A DNA stretch of 64,000 nucleotides from Mobula hypostoma (lineage: Eukaryota). The stretch spans positions 105,030,001 through 105,094,000 of the forward strand of contig NC_086097.1 in NCBI RefSeq assembly GCF_963921235.1, given 5' to 3'. The position numbers were made by a program, and so were the translations under genes. A model generated the notes under the pieces. That model saw only the letters and a list, made by a program, of their open reading frames with translations, did not search any database and was not told the DNA's origin. Below, piece by piece: positions 22,171-34,148 of this stretch. Numbering within the stretch: the first letter of the stretch is position 1; each line of letters starts with the position of its first letter.

Positions 22171-25100
22171 AGAAGCATAAAAACCTACAGCATAATACGG
22201 GCCCTTTGGCCCACCAAGTTGTGCCGCACATGTCTCTACCTTAGAAATTACTAGGCTTAACCATAACACTCTATTTTTCTAAGCTCCATGTACCTATCCA
22301 AAAATCTCTAAAAAGACCCTATCGTATCCACCTCCACCACCATCACCAGCAGCCCATTCCACGCACTCACCACTCTGAGTAAAAAATTTATCCCTGACAT
22401 CTCCTCTGTACCTACTCCCCAGCATCTTAAACCTGTGTTCTCTAGTGGCAACCATTTTAGCCCTGGGAAAAAGCCTCTGACTATCCACACGATCAATGCC
22501 TCTCATCATCTTATACACCTCTATCAGGTCACCTCTCACCCTCTGCTGCTCCAAGGAGAAAAGGCCGAGTTCACTCAACCTATTTTCATAAGGCATGCTC
22601 CCCAATCCAGGCAATATCCTTGTAAATCTCCTCTGCGCCCTTTCTATGATTTCCACATCCTTCCTGTAGTGAGGTGACCAGAACTGAGCACTGTACTCCA
22701 AGTGGGGTCTGATCAGGGTCCTATATAGCTGCAACGTTACCTCTCAGCTCCGAAATTCAATTCCACCATTGATGACGGCCAATACTCCGTATGCCTTCCT
22801 AACCACAGAGTCAACCTGCGTAGCAGCTTTGAGTGTCCTATGGACTCGGACCCCAAGATCTCTCTGATCCTCCACACTTACCATTAATACTATATTCTGC
22901 CATCATATTTGACCTACCAAAATGAACCACTTCACACTTATCTGGGTTGAACTCCATCTGCCACTTCTCAGCCCAGTTTTGCATCCTATCAATGTCCCGC
23001 TGTAACCTCTGACAGCCCTCCATACTATCCACAACACCTCCAACCTTTGTGTCATCAGTAAACTTACTAACCCATCCCTCCACTTCCTTATCCAGGCCAT
23101 TTATAAAAATCACGAAGAGTAAGGGTCCCAGAACAGATCCCTGAGGCACACCACTGGTCACCGACCTCCATGCAGAAAATGACCCGTATACAACCACTCT
23201 TTGCCTTCTTTGCCTTTCAGTTCTGGATCCACAAAGCAATGTCCCCTTGGATCCCATGCCTCCTTACTTTCTCATAAGCCTTGCATGGGGTACATTATCA
23301 AATGCCTTGCTGAAATCTATATACACTACACCTACTGCTCTTCCTTCATCAATGTGTTTAGTCACATCCTCAAAGAATTCAATCAGGCTCATAAGGCACA
23401 ACCTGCCCTTGACAAAGACATACCAACTATTCCTAATCATATTTTACTTCTCCAAATGTTCATAAATCCTGCCTCTCAGGATCTTCTCCATCAACTTACC
23501 AACCACTGAAGTAAGACTCACTGGTCTATAATTTCCTGGGCTATCTCTACTCCCTTTCTTGAATAAAGGAACAACATCTGCAACTCTCCAATCCTCCGGA
23601 ACCTCTCCTGTCTCCATTGATGATGCAAAGATCATTGCCAGAGGCTCAGCAATCTCCTCCCTCGCCTCCCACAGTAGCCTGGGGTATGTCTCATCCGGTC
23701 CCGGCGACTTATCCAACTTGATGCTTTCCAAAAGCTCCAGCACATCCTCTTTCTTAATATCTACATGCTCAAGCTTTTTAGTCTGCTGCAAGTCATCACT
23801 ACATCACCAAGATTATTTTCCATAGTGAATACTGAAATGAAGTTTCCATTAAGTACCTCTGCTACTTCCTCCGTTTCCATACACACTTTCCCACTGTCAC
23901 ACTTATCCTCTTGCTCCTTCACATACTTGTAGAATGCCTTATAATCTTCTAGATCTCTAACATTACCTAGCTCTCTGAACCTTTTGGAAGGTTTTCTTTT
24001 CTTGTCTAGATTTATTGCAGCCTTTGTACACCACGGTTCCTGTACACCACCATAACTTCCCTGTCTCATTGGAACATACCCATGCAGAACTCCACACAAA
24101 TATCCTCTGAACATTTGCCACATTTCTTCCTTTTCCCTGAGAACATCTGTTCCCAATTTATGCTTCCAATTTCCTGCCTGATAGCCTCATAATTCCCCTT
24201 ACTCCAATTAAACACTTTTCTAACTTGTCTGTTCCTATCTCTCTCCAATGCTGTTGTAAAGGAGATACAATTATGATCACTATCTCCAAAATGCTCTCCC
24301 ACTGTGAGATCTGACACTTGACCAGGTTCATTTCCCAATACCAATTCAAGTGCAGCCTTTCCTCTTGTAGGGTTATCTACATATTGTGTCAGGAAACCTT
24401 CCTGAACACACCCAACAAACTCCACCCCATCTAAACCCCTTGATCCAGGGAGATGCCAATCGATATTTGGGAAATTAAAATCTCCCATTACGACAACTCT
24501 GTTATTATTATACCTTTCCAGGATCTGTTTCCCTATCTGCTCCTCAATATCCCTGTTACTATTGGGCAGCCTACAAAAATCACCCAGTAAACTTATTGAC
24601 TCCTTTCTGCTCCTAACCTCCACCCACAGGGACTCTGTAGACAATCCCTCCATGGCATCCACCTTTTCTGCAACCATTACACTATCTCTGATCAGTAGTG
24701 CCATGCCCCCACCTCTTTTGCCTCCCTCCCTGTCCTTTCTGAAACATCTAATACCCGGCATTTGAAGTAACCATTCCTGTCCCTGAGCCATCCAAGTCTC
24801 TGTAATGGCCAGCACATCATGGCTCCAAGTAATGATCCACGCTCTAAGCTCATCCGCTTTGTTCACAATACTCCTTGCGTTAAAATAAACACATCTCAAA
24901 CCATCAGTCTGAGCACGTCCCTTCTCTATCACCTACCTATCCTCCCTCTTGCACTGTCTAAAAGCTTTCTCTATTTGTGAGCCAACCGCCTCGTCCCCAG
25001 TCTCTTCAGTTCGGTTCCCACCCCCAACAATTCTAGTTTAAACTCTCCCCAGTAGCCTTAGCAAACCTCCCCGCCAGGATATTGGTCCCCCTGGAATTCA

Positions 25101-25590
25101 AATGCAACCCGCCCTTTTAATACAGGTCACACCTGCCGTAAAAGAGGTCCCAATGATCCAGAAATCTGAATTCCTGCCCCCTTCTCCAAACCCTCAGCCA
25201 CGCATTTATCCTCCAACTCATTCTATTCCTATACTCACTGTCACGTGGCACAGGTAGTAATCCCGAGATTACTACCTTTGCAGTCCTGCTTCTCAACTTC
25301 CTTCCTAACTCCCTGTAGTCTTTTTTCAGGACCTCTTCCCTCTTCCTACCTATGTCATTGGTACCAATATGTACCACGACCTCTGGCTGGTCTCCCTCCC
25401 ACTGCAGGATATCTTGGACGAGTTCTAAAACATCCCGGACCCTGGCACCTGGGAGGCAAATTACCATCCGAATTTCTTTACTGCGTCCACAGAATCACCT
25501 GTTTGACCCCCCTAACTATAGAGACCGCTATCACTACTGCCTTCCTTTTCCTTTCCCTACCCTTCTGAGCCAGAGGGCCAGACTCTGTTC
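22171..25590 (-). mobile_element. Long CR1 LINE (ORF1 esterase part plus disrupted ORF2)
   Basis: ORFs 25117-25467 (esterase), 24066-24932 (endonuclease: NARSI, ITETW, GDFN, SDH) and RT fragments 22294-23791. Confidence 0.92.
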
Positions 25591-26208
25591 AGAGCAGCCG
25601 ACCATATAAAAGCAAGAAGATAACGCTGAAGCTTTATAGGACACTAGTCAGGCCACACTTGGAGCATCGTCAACAGTTTTAGGCCCCATATCTCAGGAAG
25701 GATGTATTGCCATTGGGGAGAGTTCAGAGGAGGTTCACAGGGATGATTCTGGGAATGAAGGGGTTAACATATGAGGAGTGTTTGGTAGCTTTGGGCCTAT
25801 ACTCACTAGAATTTAGAAGAATGTGTGGGGATCTCATTGAGCTACTGAATGTTGAAAGGACTAGATAGGGTGGATGTGGAGAGGATGTTTCCTATGGTGG
25901 GGGTATCCAGAACTAGAGGGCAGAGCCTCAAAATGGAGGGGCAACCTTTTAGAACAGAAGTAAGGAGGAATTTTTTTTAGCCAGAGTGTAGTAAATCTGT
26001 GGAATGCTCTGCCTCAGACTGTGGTGGAAGCCAAGTCCTTGGGTATATGTAAAGCCGAAGTTGATAGTTTCCTGATTGGTCAGGGCATCAAGGGATATGA
26101 TGAGAGGGCAGATGAATGGAGTTGAATTGTATCCGGGATCAGTCATGATGAAATGGGAGAGCAAATGTGATGGGCTGAATGGCCAAATTCTGCTCCTATG
26201 TCTTATGG

Positions 26209-27345
26209 TCACCTTGTCAAAAAACTCAAATCAAGTTGATAAGACAAGGTCTGCCATGCACAAAGCCATGCTGGCTCTCCCTAATTCAACCATGAGTTTC
26301 CAGATGCTCATGTATCCTATCCCTATAACTTTTCTGCAGCAATTTCCCTACAACTGACGTGAGACTCGCTGGTCAATAGTTCCCAGGATTTTCCCTTATT
26401 CCCTTCTTAAATAGAGCTGTAACATTAACCACTCAGTAGTCCTCTGGGTTCTTGCCTATGGCTAGAGAGGACATGAAGTTACTGGTCAAGGCCCCAGCAA
26501 TCTTGTATCTTCCCTCCTATTTTGCGTGAGTTACCTCATTTATTCCCCTGATGACATTCTAAACTTCTATAAGAGCATCCCTCAGCCTCATTCACTCCAG
26601 AAACAGACCTCTCTCTATATCTCAAGCCCTCTAGTCTTGGTAACATCTTCGTGAATCTTTTCGGCACCCTCTCCAGCTCAATCACATTCTTCCAATAACA
26701 TGGTGACCAGAACTGCACACAATATTCCAGGTGTGGTCATACAGTAACAATACATCCTGATTCTTGTACTCACTGCCTCAAGCAGTGAAGGCAAATATGC
26801 CATGTGGATTCTGGCCTCTTTATCACCTGATGCATTGCTGCTCTCAGGGAACTAAGTACTTGTACCTCAAGGTCCTTCTATTTTACCACATTCCTCAGGG
26901 CCCTCCCATTCATTGTGTATGTCCTACCTGGTTTAATTTCCCGAAGTGCATCGCCTTGCACTTGTCGTAGTTAAATTTCATATGCCATTCCTTTGCCCAA
27001 TTTCCCATTTTAACTAGATCTTATTTTAACCTTAGGCAACTTCCTTCACTGTCTACTGTACAGCAAATTTTGGCGTCACCCACAAACTTATTTTCTGCCT
27101 ACATGTTCAAATCCAAATTGTTAATAAAGGTGATAAACATCAAGGTGCCCAGCACAGATCCTGGCAGCACACCACTGGTCACAAGCTTGCAACCTTCCAC
27201 TGCCAACTTCTGATTCATTTCACCAACCCAATGTTGTATCCATTTGGCTAGCTCACCCCAGACCCTATGTGATCTGTAGGTCCTTGTCAAAGCCCTTGGT
27301 AAATCTGATGTAGGATAACATCTTCTTCTCAACCCTTGTCATCCT
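26209..27345 (-). mobile_element. Degenerate CR1 fragments
   Basis: ORFs 26536-26718 and 27099-27332 have CR1 RT-like motifs. Confidence 0.7.
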
Positions 27346-29645
27346 CCTATCATCATCATCAGGTTTGAGCTTTGACTGCCATGGCCCACACACTCCTGTT
27401 TCGGGTCAAGTAGATCAATTCATTGGTATTCATTTCCAATTCTCTGGCTACTGTCTCCATCATCATTTGTCTTTGTCTTCCTCTTGCTTTCTTCCCTTCA
27501 ATCTTTCCCATAATTACCGTGCATTCTAACTCCTCTTTCCCAATCACATGTCCAATGAAGTTACGTTGCCTTTTCATGATCTCACACATTATTTCCCTTT
27601 TTGTGTTTGCTCTGTTCATGACATCCTCATTAGATATTCGTTTCATCCACGATATTCTTTGCATCCTCCTCAAAAACCACATTTCTGCTGCTACAATTCA
27701 TATCCTCATGTTACTAGATATTGTCCAACATTCTGAGCCATATAACATAACTGGATAAACATAACATTTCAGTACTCTGAGGCGGGTTGTCATGCCTAGT
27801 TTAGTATTGGTCAGTATACTCTTCATTCTCGTAAAGGTGTCTTTTGCCATCCCTATTCTTCTTTCGATGTCCAAGTCACACCTGCCATCTGATGTCACCC
27901 AGCTTCCTAAGTAGCAAAAGTTCTTTACTTGTTTTATGTGTTCCCCATTTATTCTCAGCCTGCAGATAGGATTCTCCTTCTTTTTGGATATCACCATACA
28001 TTCTGTCTTTTTGCAATTGATAGACCCATTTTTGCACTTTCTTCAACAATTATAACAATTAAGTTTTGTAGTTCTTCCTCCGTACTTGCAATTAACACAG
28101 TGTCATCTGCATATCTGAAATTATTGATGTTTTCACTGCCAACTTTGATTCCCAAGATGTCTCTTATTTTTTGTAATATTGTTTCACTGTACACATTAAA
28201 TAAATCAGGGGAGAAAACACACCCTTGTCTAATGCCTCTCTTGGTTTTCGTAAACTTACTCACTTCTCCATCTATTCTTACAGCGGCAGTTTGTTCCCAG
28301 TTACAGATTTCTGATTAGGCAGAGGTCTTTTGAATCTAGATCTAGAGTTTCCTGTAATATTTCAAATAACTTATTGTGCTTCACTTTATCAAATGCTTTT
28401 GTGTAGTCAATAAAACAAACAAATCTTTTTGCACTTGAATAGCTCGTTCTGATAGTATCCTTAACATCAATATTGTGCTTCTTGTACCTTTGTCTTTCAC
28501 AAAACCACATTGTTCTTTGCCTATTTCAGCTTGTATCTTACCTTTAGCTCTTGCCATCAAAATTCTTAGAAGTATCTTGATGATATGACTCATTAAACGT
28601 ATGGTCCTATGTAATTCACATTCTATTGCTCCAGCTTTCTTAGGAAGAGTGATAAATACTGATTTTTTTCATCTCTTCTGGTATTTTTCCAGTCTCATAA
28701 ATGTCATTGATTAAATCAGTAAGTTTTTCAATTCCATAATCTTCAAGGGCAATAATTTATTCTATTACGAATTCATCAGGACCTGCTGCCTTTCCTTTCT
28801 TCATCTTATTTATTGCATTACGAACTTCAGATTTTTAAATACTTGGACCTTCAATGTTTTTCTTAATTTCTGGTTTTTTGCCTCGATCGTCTTCAAACAA
28901 TTCCTGAATATACTCGGTCCATCTGTTCATAATCCCATCTTTTTTCATGATAATGGTACCGCCCTTTGCTTTCAAACATCCACCTGAAGAACAGAGGAGC
29001 TTTTTATCAGTGATATTTTTGTTTTGTTGATGTGACCTTCTAGGATCAGTAATAGGGATTCTTTCTATTTGCTCACATTCCTGGTATAACCATTCTTCTT
29101 TGGCTTTTTGACATAAGCTTTTAACTTTTTTATCTAAGGTCTTATATTCTATTGGATTTGTTTTCTTCCGTCTCCTTTCTTCCATTAGATTTTTGATTTC
29201 ATCTGTCATCTATTTATTCTTTGTGCTTTTTACTTTTTTAGGAATCACTGACTTTGCTGATTCTACCAAGGCATCCTTTAGAGATTTAAATTTCATTTCT
29301 ACATGATTGCTATCATCTTCAACAGATTCTATTTCTAGACTTTGAAATCTATTCCTTACTTCAATTGTAAATTTTTTGTCTTAAGTTTTCTTCTTTAATT
29401 AATTGCAAGTAGTCAAGGGATTGTTCAGGTATTTGCTTCTTTAATTTTTTAAGTTTTACTTTTACAAGACATACTACTGGGTTATAGTCCCTATTACAGT
29501 CTGCACCTGGATACATTTTGCATTGAGTCAATGAGTTTCTAAATCTTTTGTTTATAGTAATAAAGTCAATTTGATTTCTCATGTTATCACCTGGACTTTT
29601 CCAGGTCCACAAGTGTCTTGGATGGTTTTTAAAGTAGGTTTTCAT

Positions 29646-30215
29646 TGTTGTTGTTGTTCGTCCATCGTTGACGTTGAAGAGGACCTCGACACCATAATGA
29701 TGGTGTCGAGACTAGCGTGTGATTTGGATTTAAGTGAGGGAGAGTTGCGCAGCGTCAGCCTCACTCTCTCTTCCCAATTCCCATCTGGATCCAGTGGCAA
29801 GACAGAGTCTAGACGGCTGGAGATGGGACTAGGCGCAGTGGATGACCAGGACATCTTCTGTGTCTTGTCCTGCTCTACACGTTCCACGACGCTTGCAGAG
29901 ACCGCCTTCTTGACCATTGGACCTTCCACTGGTCTCGTCCGCTCAATCCACCGGAGTCTGTCTTCACATGCTGGGATAGACAACTCCCTATCTCACCGAG
30001 GGTTTGAGACCCATCGGCTACCCTCACCTGGTTTAGCCGGCTTGTCGAAGCCGTTGCCCGGGGTGTGGCCGCTGTCGCATGCAAACAGCTACGGGGAGCC
30101 ACAGGTGAGAGCTGAGTGCCAGGTGGGGACCAAAGGTGGACTAACCGCCCTGAAAAGGACGCGACATGTTCCCCCACCAGAGGTGCTACCCCTCCCTGAC
30201 ACCCCATACACCCCA
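29646..30215 (-). mobile_element. Non-autonomous RTE-type (SINE-like) element nested in the RTE
   Basis: GC-rich insert that interrupts host codons NQVIM/(N)TYFKNHP. It has a (CAA)n tail, near-TSD ttttcat/tattcat and an 11-bp 3' hairpin at 29685-29710. The RTE assignment is from recalled family similarity. Confidence 0.8.
30021..30214 (-). ncRNA. HDV-like self-cleaving ribozyme (predicted)
   Basis: P1 GGGGUGU/ACACCCC, P2 CUCUCACCUG/CAGGUGAGGG, P3 GGC/GCC, P1.1 CC/GG, GCAA plus P4 CGGCUU/AAGCCG, J4/2 G-C-UAAA. Confidence 0.75.
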
Positions 30216-31561
30216 TATTCATAATGACCTGATTATTCATTTTGCACCATTCTACCCATTTCTCACCTCTTTCATTTCTTTCCCTGAGTCCAAATTTTCC
30301 TGTGGTATTTCCATCAGCACCTTGTCCTATTTTAGCATTTAGATCTCCCATGACAATAACAATATCTTGAGATTTTCCATTCTTTGCTTGTTCCATCCTC
30401 CTATCACCTGATTTTAAAAAAACAATAACATTTGTGAGACGCAATTTTCCACAAAAATTCCCTAGCCAGTCAAAGGATCATAGTCATTCCTTGCCTTTCC
30501 AAATATAGGTTGATCCTTTCTCTTCGAATCCCCTCCAATACTATCTCAATGTTGTTAGCTCACTGGCCTGTCATTCTCTGCTGTGTGTTTGCAGCTCATC
30601 TGAAATAAAATCAAATTAGTTACAATCTGGTCTGTCAGTTCCTCACCAATGAATAATAATACAAAAATCTCTGCCAAGGCCCCAGCAGTTCCTTTCAGTG
30701 TTCCTCTCAACAATATCCTAGAGTAGGTCAGGCCCTGGGGATTTGTTCACTTTTATGCTCTCCAAAATCACCAGCACCTTTTCTTTTATAAAGTCAATAC
30801 ATTTCTGAACATCACTGTTCTCTGTATTCCCTGGCTTCCCTGAGCTTCTGCATGTTAAATATAAACAAGAAGAATTGATTGAAGATTACACATCTCTTGT
30901 AGTCAATCACACTGATCCTCATAAGAACCTACTCACTCCCTTTTGCTACTAATATAGAAACTTTTAGGATTTTGGCGTAGATATCTTTTTTGCCCTTCTG
31001 ATACCTTTCTAAAGTAATTGCTGCACATGCTATACACCTGTAGGCAGGTAGAGTGAAACATCACCCACTATAACATTCTGATGCTGTTATTTTTGTTTAG
31101 AGTCCTAGTCATAAAGTGCACAGACGGGTACTTCAGTCCACTGTGCCCTGCCAATTATGTCCATTTAGTGCCATTTAATTTCTAGGCATATATTTCAATT
31201 TTTCAATCGTCATCTGAGGCACAATCATACAAAATAGTGTTGCATACAAAATAGATTGCTGATTCGTAAATTTAGTGTTTATTTTTACTGGTATTAGTCC
31301 GAATTTCGTGCTGTTTCTCAACTACCTTGACTATTTGTCCTTCATTGCACCACAGCCCACTTCATCCACCTGCAAACCTACCCTTTAAGCACTGCTTTCC
31401 AGATCTTCATCAGGACATTGATTCTGAATTTTTCATCCTCTAAATGAGGCATATAAATTCCATGGTGTAGTCCTGAGAATAAGACACAATGGCCCAGCCG
31501 CCTTCAGTGCATATTGTAGGTTGAAATCATGAACATGTGGCCTAGCTGAATGTAAGAAATA

Positions 31562-33760
31562 TTTGAATTGAATTGACTTTATTACTTACATCCTTCATAT
31601 ACTTGAGGAGTAAAAATCTTTACATTACATCTCCATCGAAATGGACATAATAAATAGTATGTACAACGGGACAGTTAATATAACATAGAAATACAGTTAC
31701 GTAGGCATGGATTGAGTAGTCTGATGGCTTGGTGGAAGAAACTGTTACGGAGACTGTTGGTTCTGGCATTTATGCTGCTGTACAGTTTCCTGGATGGTAG
31801 CAGCTGGAACAGTTTGTGGTTGGGGTGACTCGAGTCCCCAATGATCCTTTGGGCCCTTTTTATGCACGTCTTATGGACTAGTTCCTGAGGATTGGAGGGT
31901 GGCTAATGTAACCCCACTTTTTAAAAAAGGAGGGAGAGAGAAACTGGGGAATTATAGACCGGTTAGCCTAACGTCGGTGGTGGGGAAACTGCTGGAGTCA
32001 GTTATCAAGGATGTGATAAAAGCACATTTGAAAAGCGGTGAAATGATCGGACAAAGTCAGCATGGATTTGTGAAAGGAAAATCATGTCTGACGAATCTCA
32101 TAGAATTTTTTGAGGATGTAACTAGTAGAGTGGATAGGGGAGAACCAGTGGATGTGGTATATTTGGATTTTCAAAAGGCTTTTGACAAGGTCCCACACAG
32201 GAGATTAGTGTGCAAACTTAAAGCACACGGTATTGGGGGTAAGGTATTGGTGTGGGTGGAGAATTGGTTAGCAGACAGGAAGCAAAGAGTGGGAATAAAC
32301 GGGACCTTTTCAGAATGGCAGGCGGTGACTAGTGGGGTACCGCAAGGCTCAGTGCTGGGACCCCAGTTGTTTACAATATATATTAATGACTTGGATGAGG
32401 GAATTAAATGCAGCATCTCCAAGTTTGCGGATGACACGAAGCTGGGTGGCAGTGTTAGCAGTGAGGAGGATGCTAAGAGGATGCAGGGTGACTTGGATAG
32501 GTTGGGTGAGTGGGCAAACTCATGGCAGATGCAATTTAATGTGGATAAATGTGAAGTTATCCACTTTGGTGGCAAAAATAGGAAAACAGATTATTATCTG
32601 AATGGTGGCCGATTAGGAAAAGGGGAGGTGCAACGAGACCTGGGTGTCATTATACACCAGTCATTGAAAGTGGGCATGCAGGTACAGCAGGCGGTGAAAA
32701 AGGCGAATGGTATGCTGGCATTTATAGCGAGAGGATTCGAGTACAGGAGCAGGGAGGTACTACTGCAGTTGTACAAGGCCTTGGTGAGACCACACCTGGA
32801 GTATTGTGTGCAGTTTTGGTCCCCTAATCTGAGGAAAGACATCTTTGCCATAGAGGGAGTACAAAGAAGGTTCACCAGATTGATTCCTGGGATGGCAGGA
32901 CTTTCATATGAAGAAAGACTGGATGAACTGGGCTTGTACTCGTTGGAATTTAGAAGATTGAGGGGGGATCTGATTGAAACGTATAAGATCCTAAAGGGAT
33001 TGGACAGGCTAGATGCAGGAAGATTGTTCCCGATGTTGGGGAAGTCCAGAACGAGGGGTCACAGTTTGAGGATAGAGGGGAAGCCTTTTAGGACCGAGAT
33101 TAGGAAAAACTTCTTCACACAGAGAGTGGTGAATCTGTGGAATTCTCTGCCACAGGAAACTGTTGAGGCCAGTTCATTGGCTATGTTTAAGAGGGAGTTA
33201 GATATGGCCCTTGTGGCTACAGGGGTCAGGGGGTATGGAGGGAAGGCTGGGGCGGGGTTCTGAGTTGGATGATCAGCCATGATCATAATAAGTGGCGGTG
33301 CAGGCTCGAAGGGCCGAATGGCCTACTCCTGTACCTATTTTCTATGTTTCTATGTCTTTATAAATGTCCTGAATACTGGGAAGATCACATCTACAGATGT
33401 GCTGGGCTGTCCGCACCACTCTCTGCAGAGTCCTGTGATTGAGGGAACAGTACCCATACTAGGCAGTGATGCAGCCAGTCAGGATGCTCTCAGCTGTGCC
33501 CCTGTAGAAAGTTCTTAGGATCTGGGGGCCCATACCGAACTTCCTCAACCGTCTGAGGTGAAAGAAATGCTGCTGTGCCTTTTTTACCACACAGCCGGTA
33601 TGTACAGACCACGTGAGATCCTTGGTGATGTGTATACAGAGGAACTTAAAGCTGTTTACCCTCTCAACACCAGATCAATTGATATCAATAGGGGTTAGTC
33701 TGTCTCCATTCCTCCTGTAATCCACAACCAGCTCCTTTGTTTTTGTGACATTGAAGGAGC
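31562..33760 (-). mobile_element. Rex1/Babar fragment split by a young CR1
   Basis: 31562-31871 and 33355-33760 match 15258-15960 by eye. Confidence 0.85.
31873..33354 (+). mobile_element. Young 5'-truncated CR1 with uninterrupted 454-aa RT C-terminal frame (31899-33263)
   Basis: All RT motifs are canonical ([28 protein letters not shown]). tttctatg tail; gtctt is present on both sides. Confidence 0.95.
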
Positions 33761-33953
33761 AGTAGAGAAGGAATCAACCCCCTGGTTCACTACAAATCAG
33801 GAAAGAAGTATTGAGGCCCTGGTTCTCGGATGGAGGAGGAAGAAGAATAGTAGAGGGTTGAAAGTAAAGGAGAACCTGTGAAAACTGAAAGAAATGTCAT
33901 TGATGCTCCATTTGTTCTTGCCATAATGTCGATTTCTATCTCTACCCACACAG

Positions 33954-34148
33954 GGCTGCAGAAAGTGTGCAAAGGCCTGAGGAGGTGGACGGTATTGCCC
34001 ACCCTGACTGATTATACCACAGAGAAAGGGCTGAGGCCACCAGATTATGGAGTCCTGCACAAACCACTGAAGAAATCGTTTAATACCCATGAAGATCGGC
34101 AAGTAATTCGCAACATGGTCACAGAATGGATTAAAGCTTGGCATATGT
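33954..34148 (+). CDS. HEATR4: HEATR4 coding exon
   Basis: Acceptor ctctacccacacag. Reads GLQKVCKGLRRWTVLPT...VIRNMVTEWIKAWHM (recalled GALRWTALPT...VLRRMLKEWKTAW). Donor t/GTAAGT, phase 1. Confidence 0.9.

Larger units (their letters stand above)
20425..26208 (+). mobile_element. Degenerate CR1 ORF2 (20425-22170 plus 25605-26208) hosting several insertions
   Basis: VELRNCKG/YRPPNS, SDHDMIEF and RDLGVLV motifs. The 3' part resumes at about 25605. Confidence 0.8.
27350..30400 (-). mobile_element. RTE-clade LINE, 5'-truncated and frameshifted
   Basis: MGDLNAKIG, NQIDFI, FIDYTKAFDKV.H, GIRQGC..SP.LFN.Y, RYADDT and EMWFLRRMQRISW motifs. (gat)n tail at about 27350. Confidence 0.9.

Noticed and set aside
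29571..30444. ORFs of 217, 113 and 189 aa over the GC-rich insert
   Set aside because: They cross the insertion junctions or lie in a structured non-coding element. The only recognisable protein motifs come from the host RTE endonuclease.
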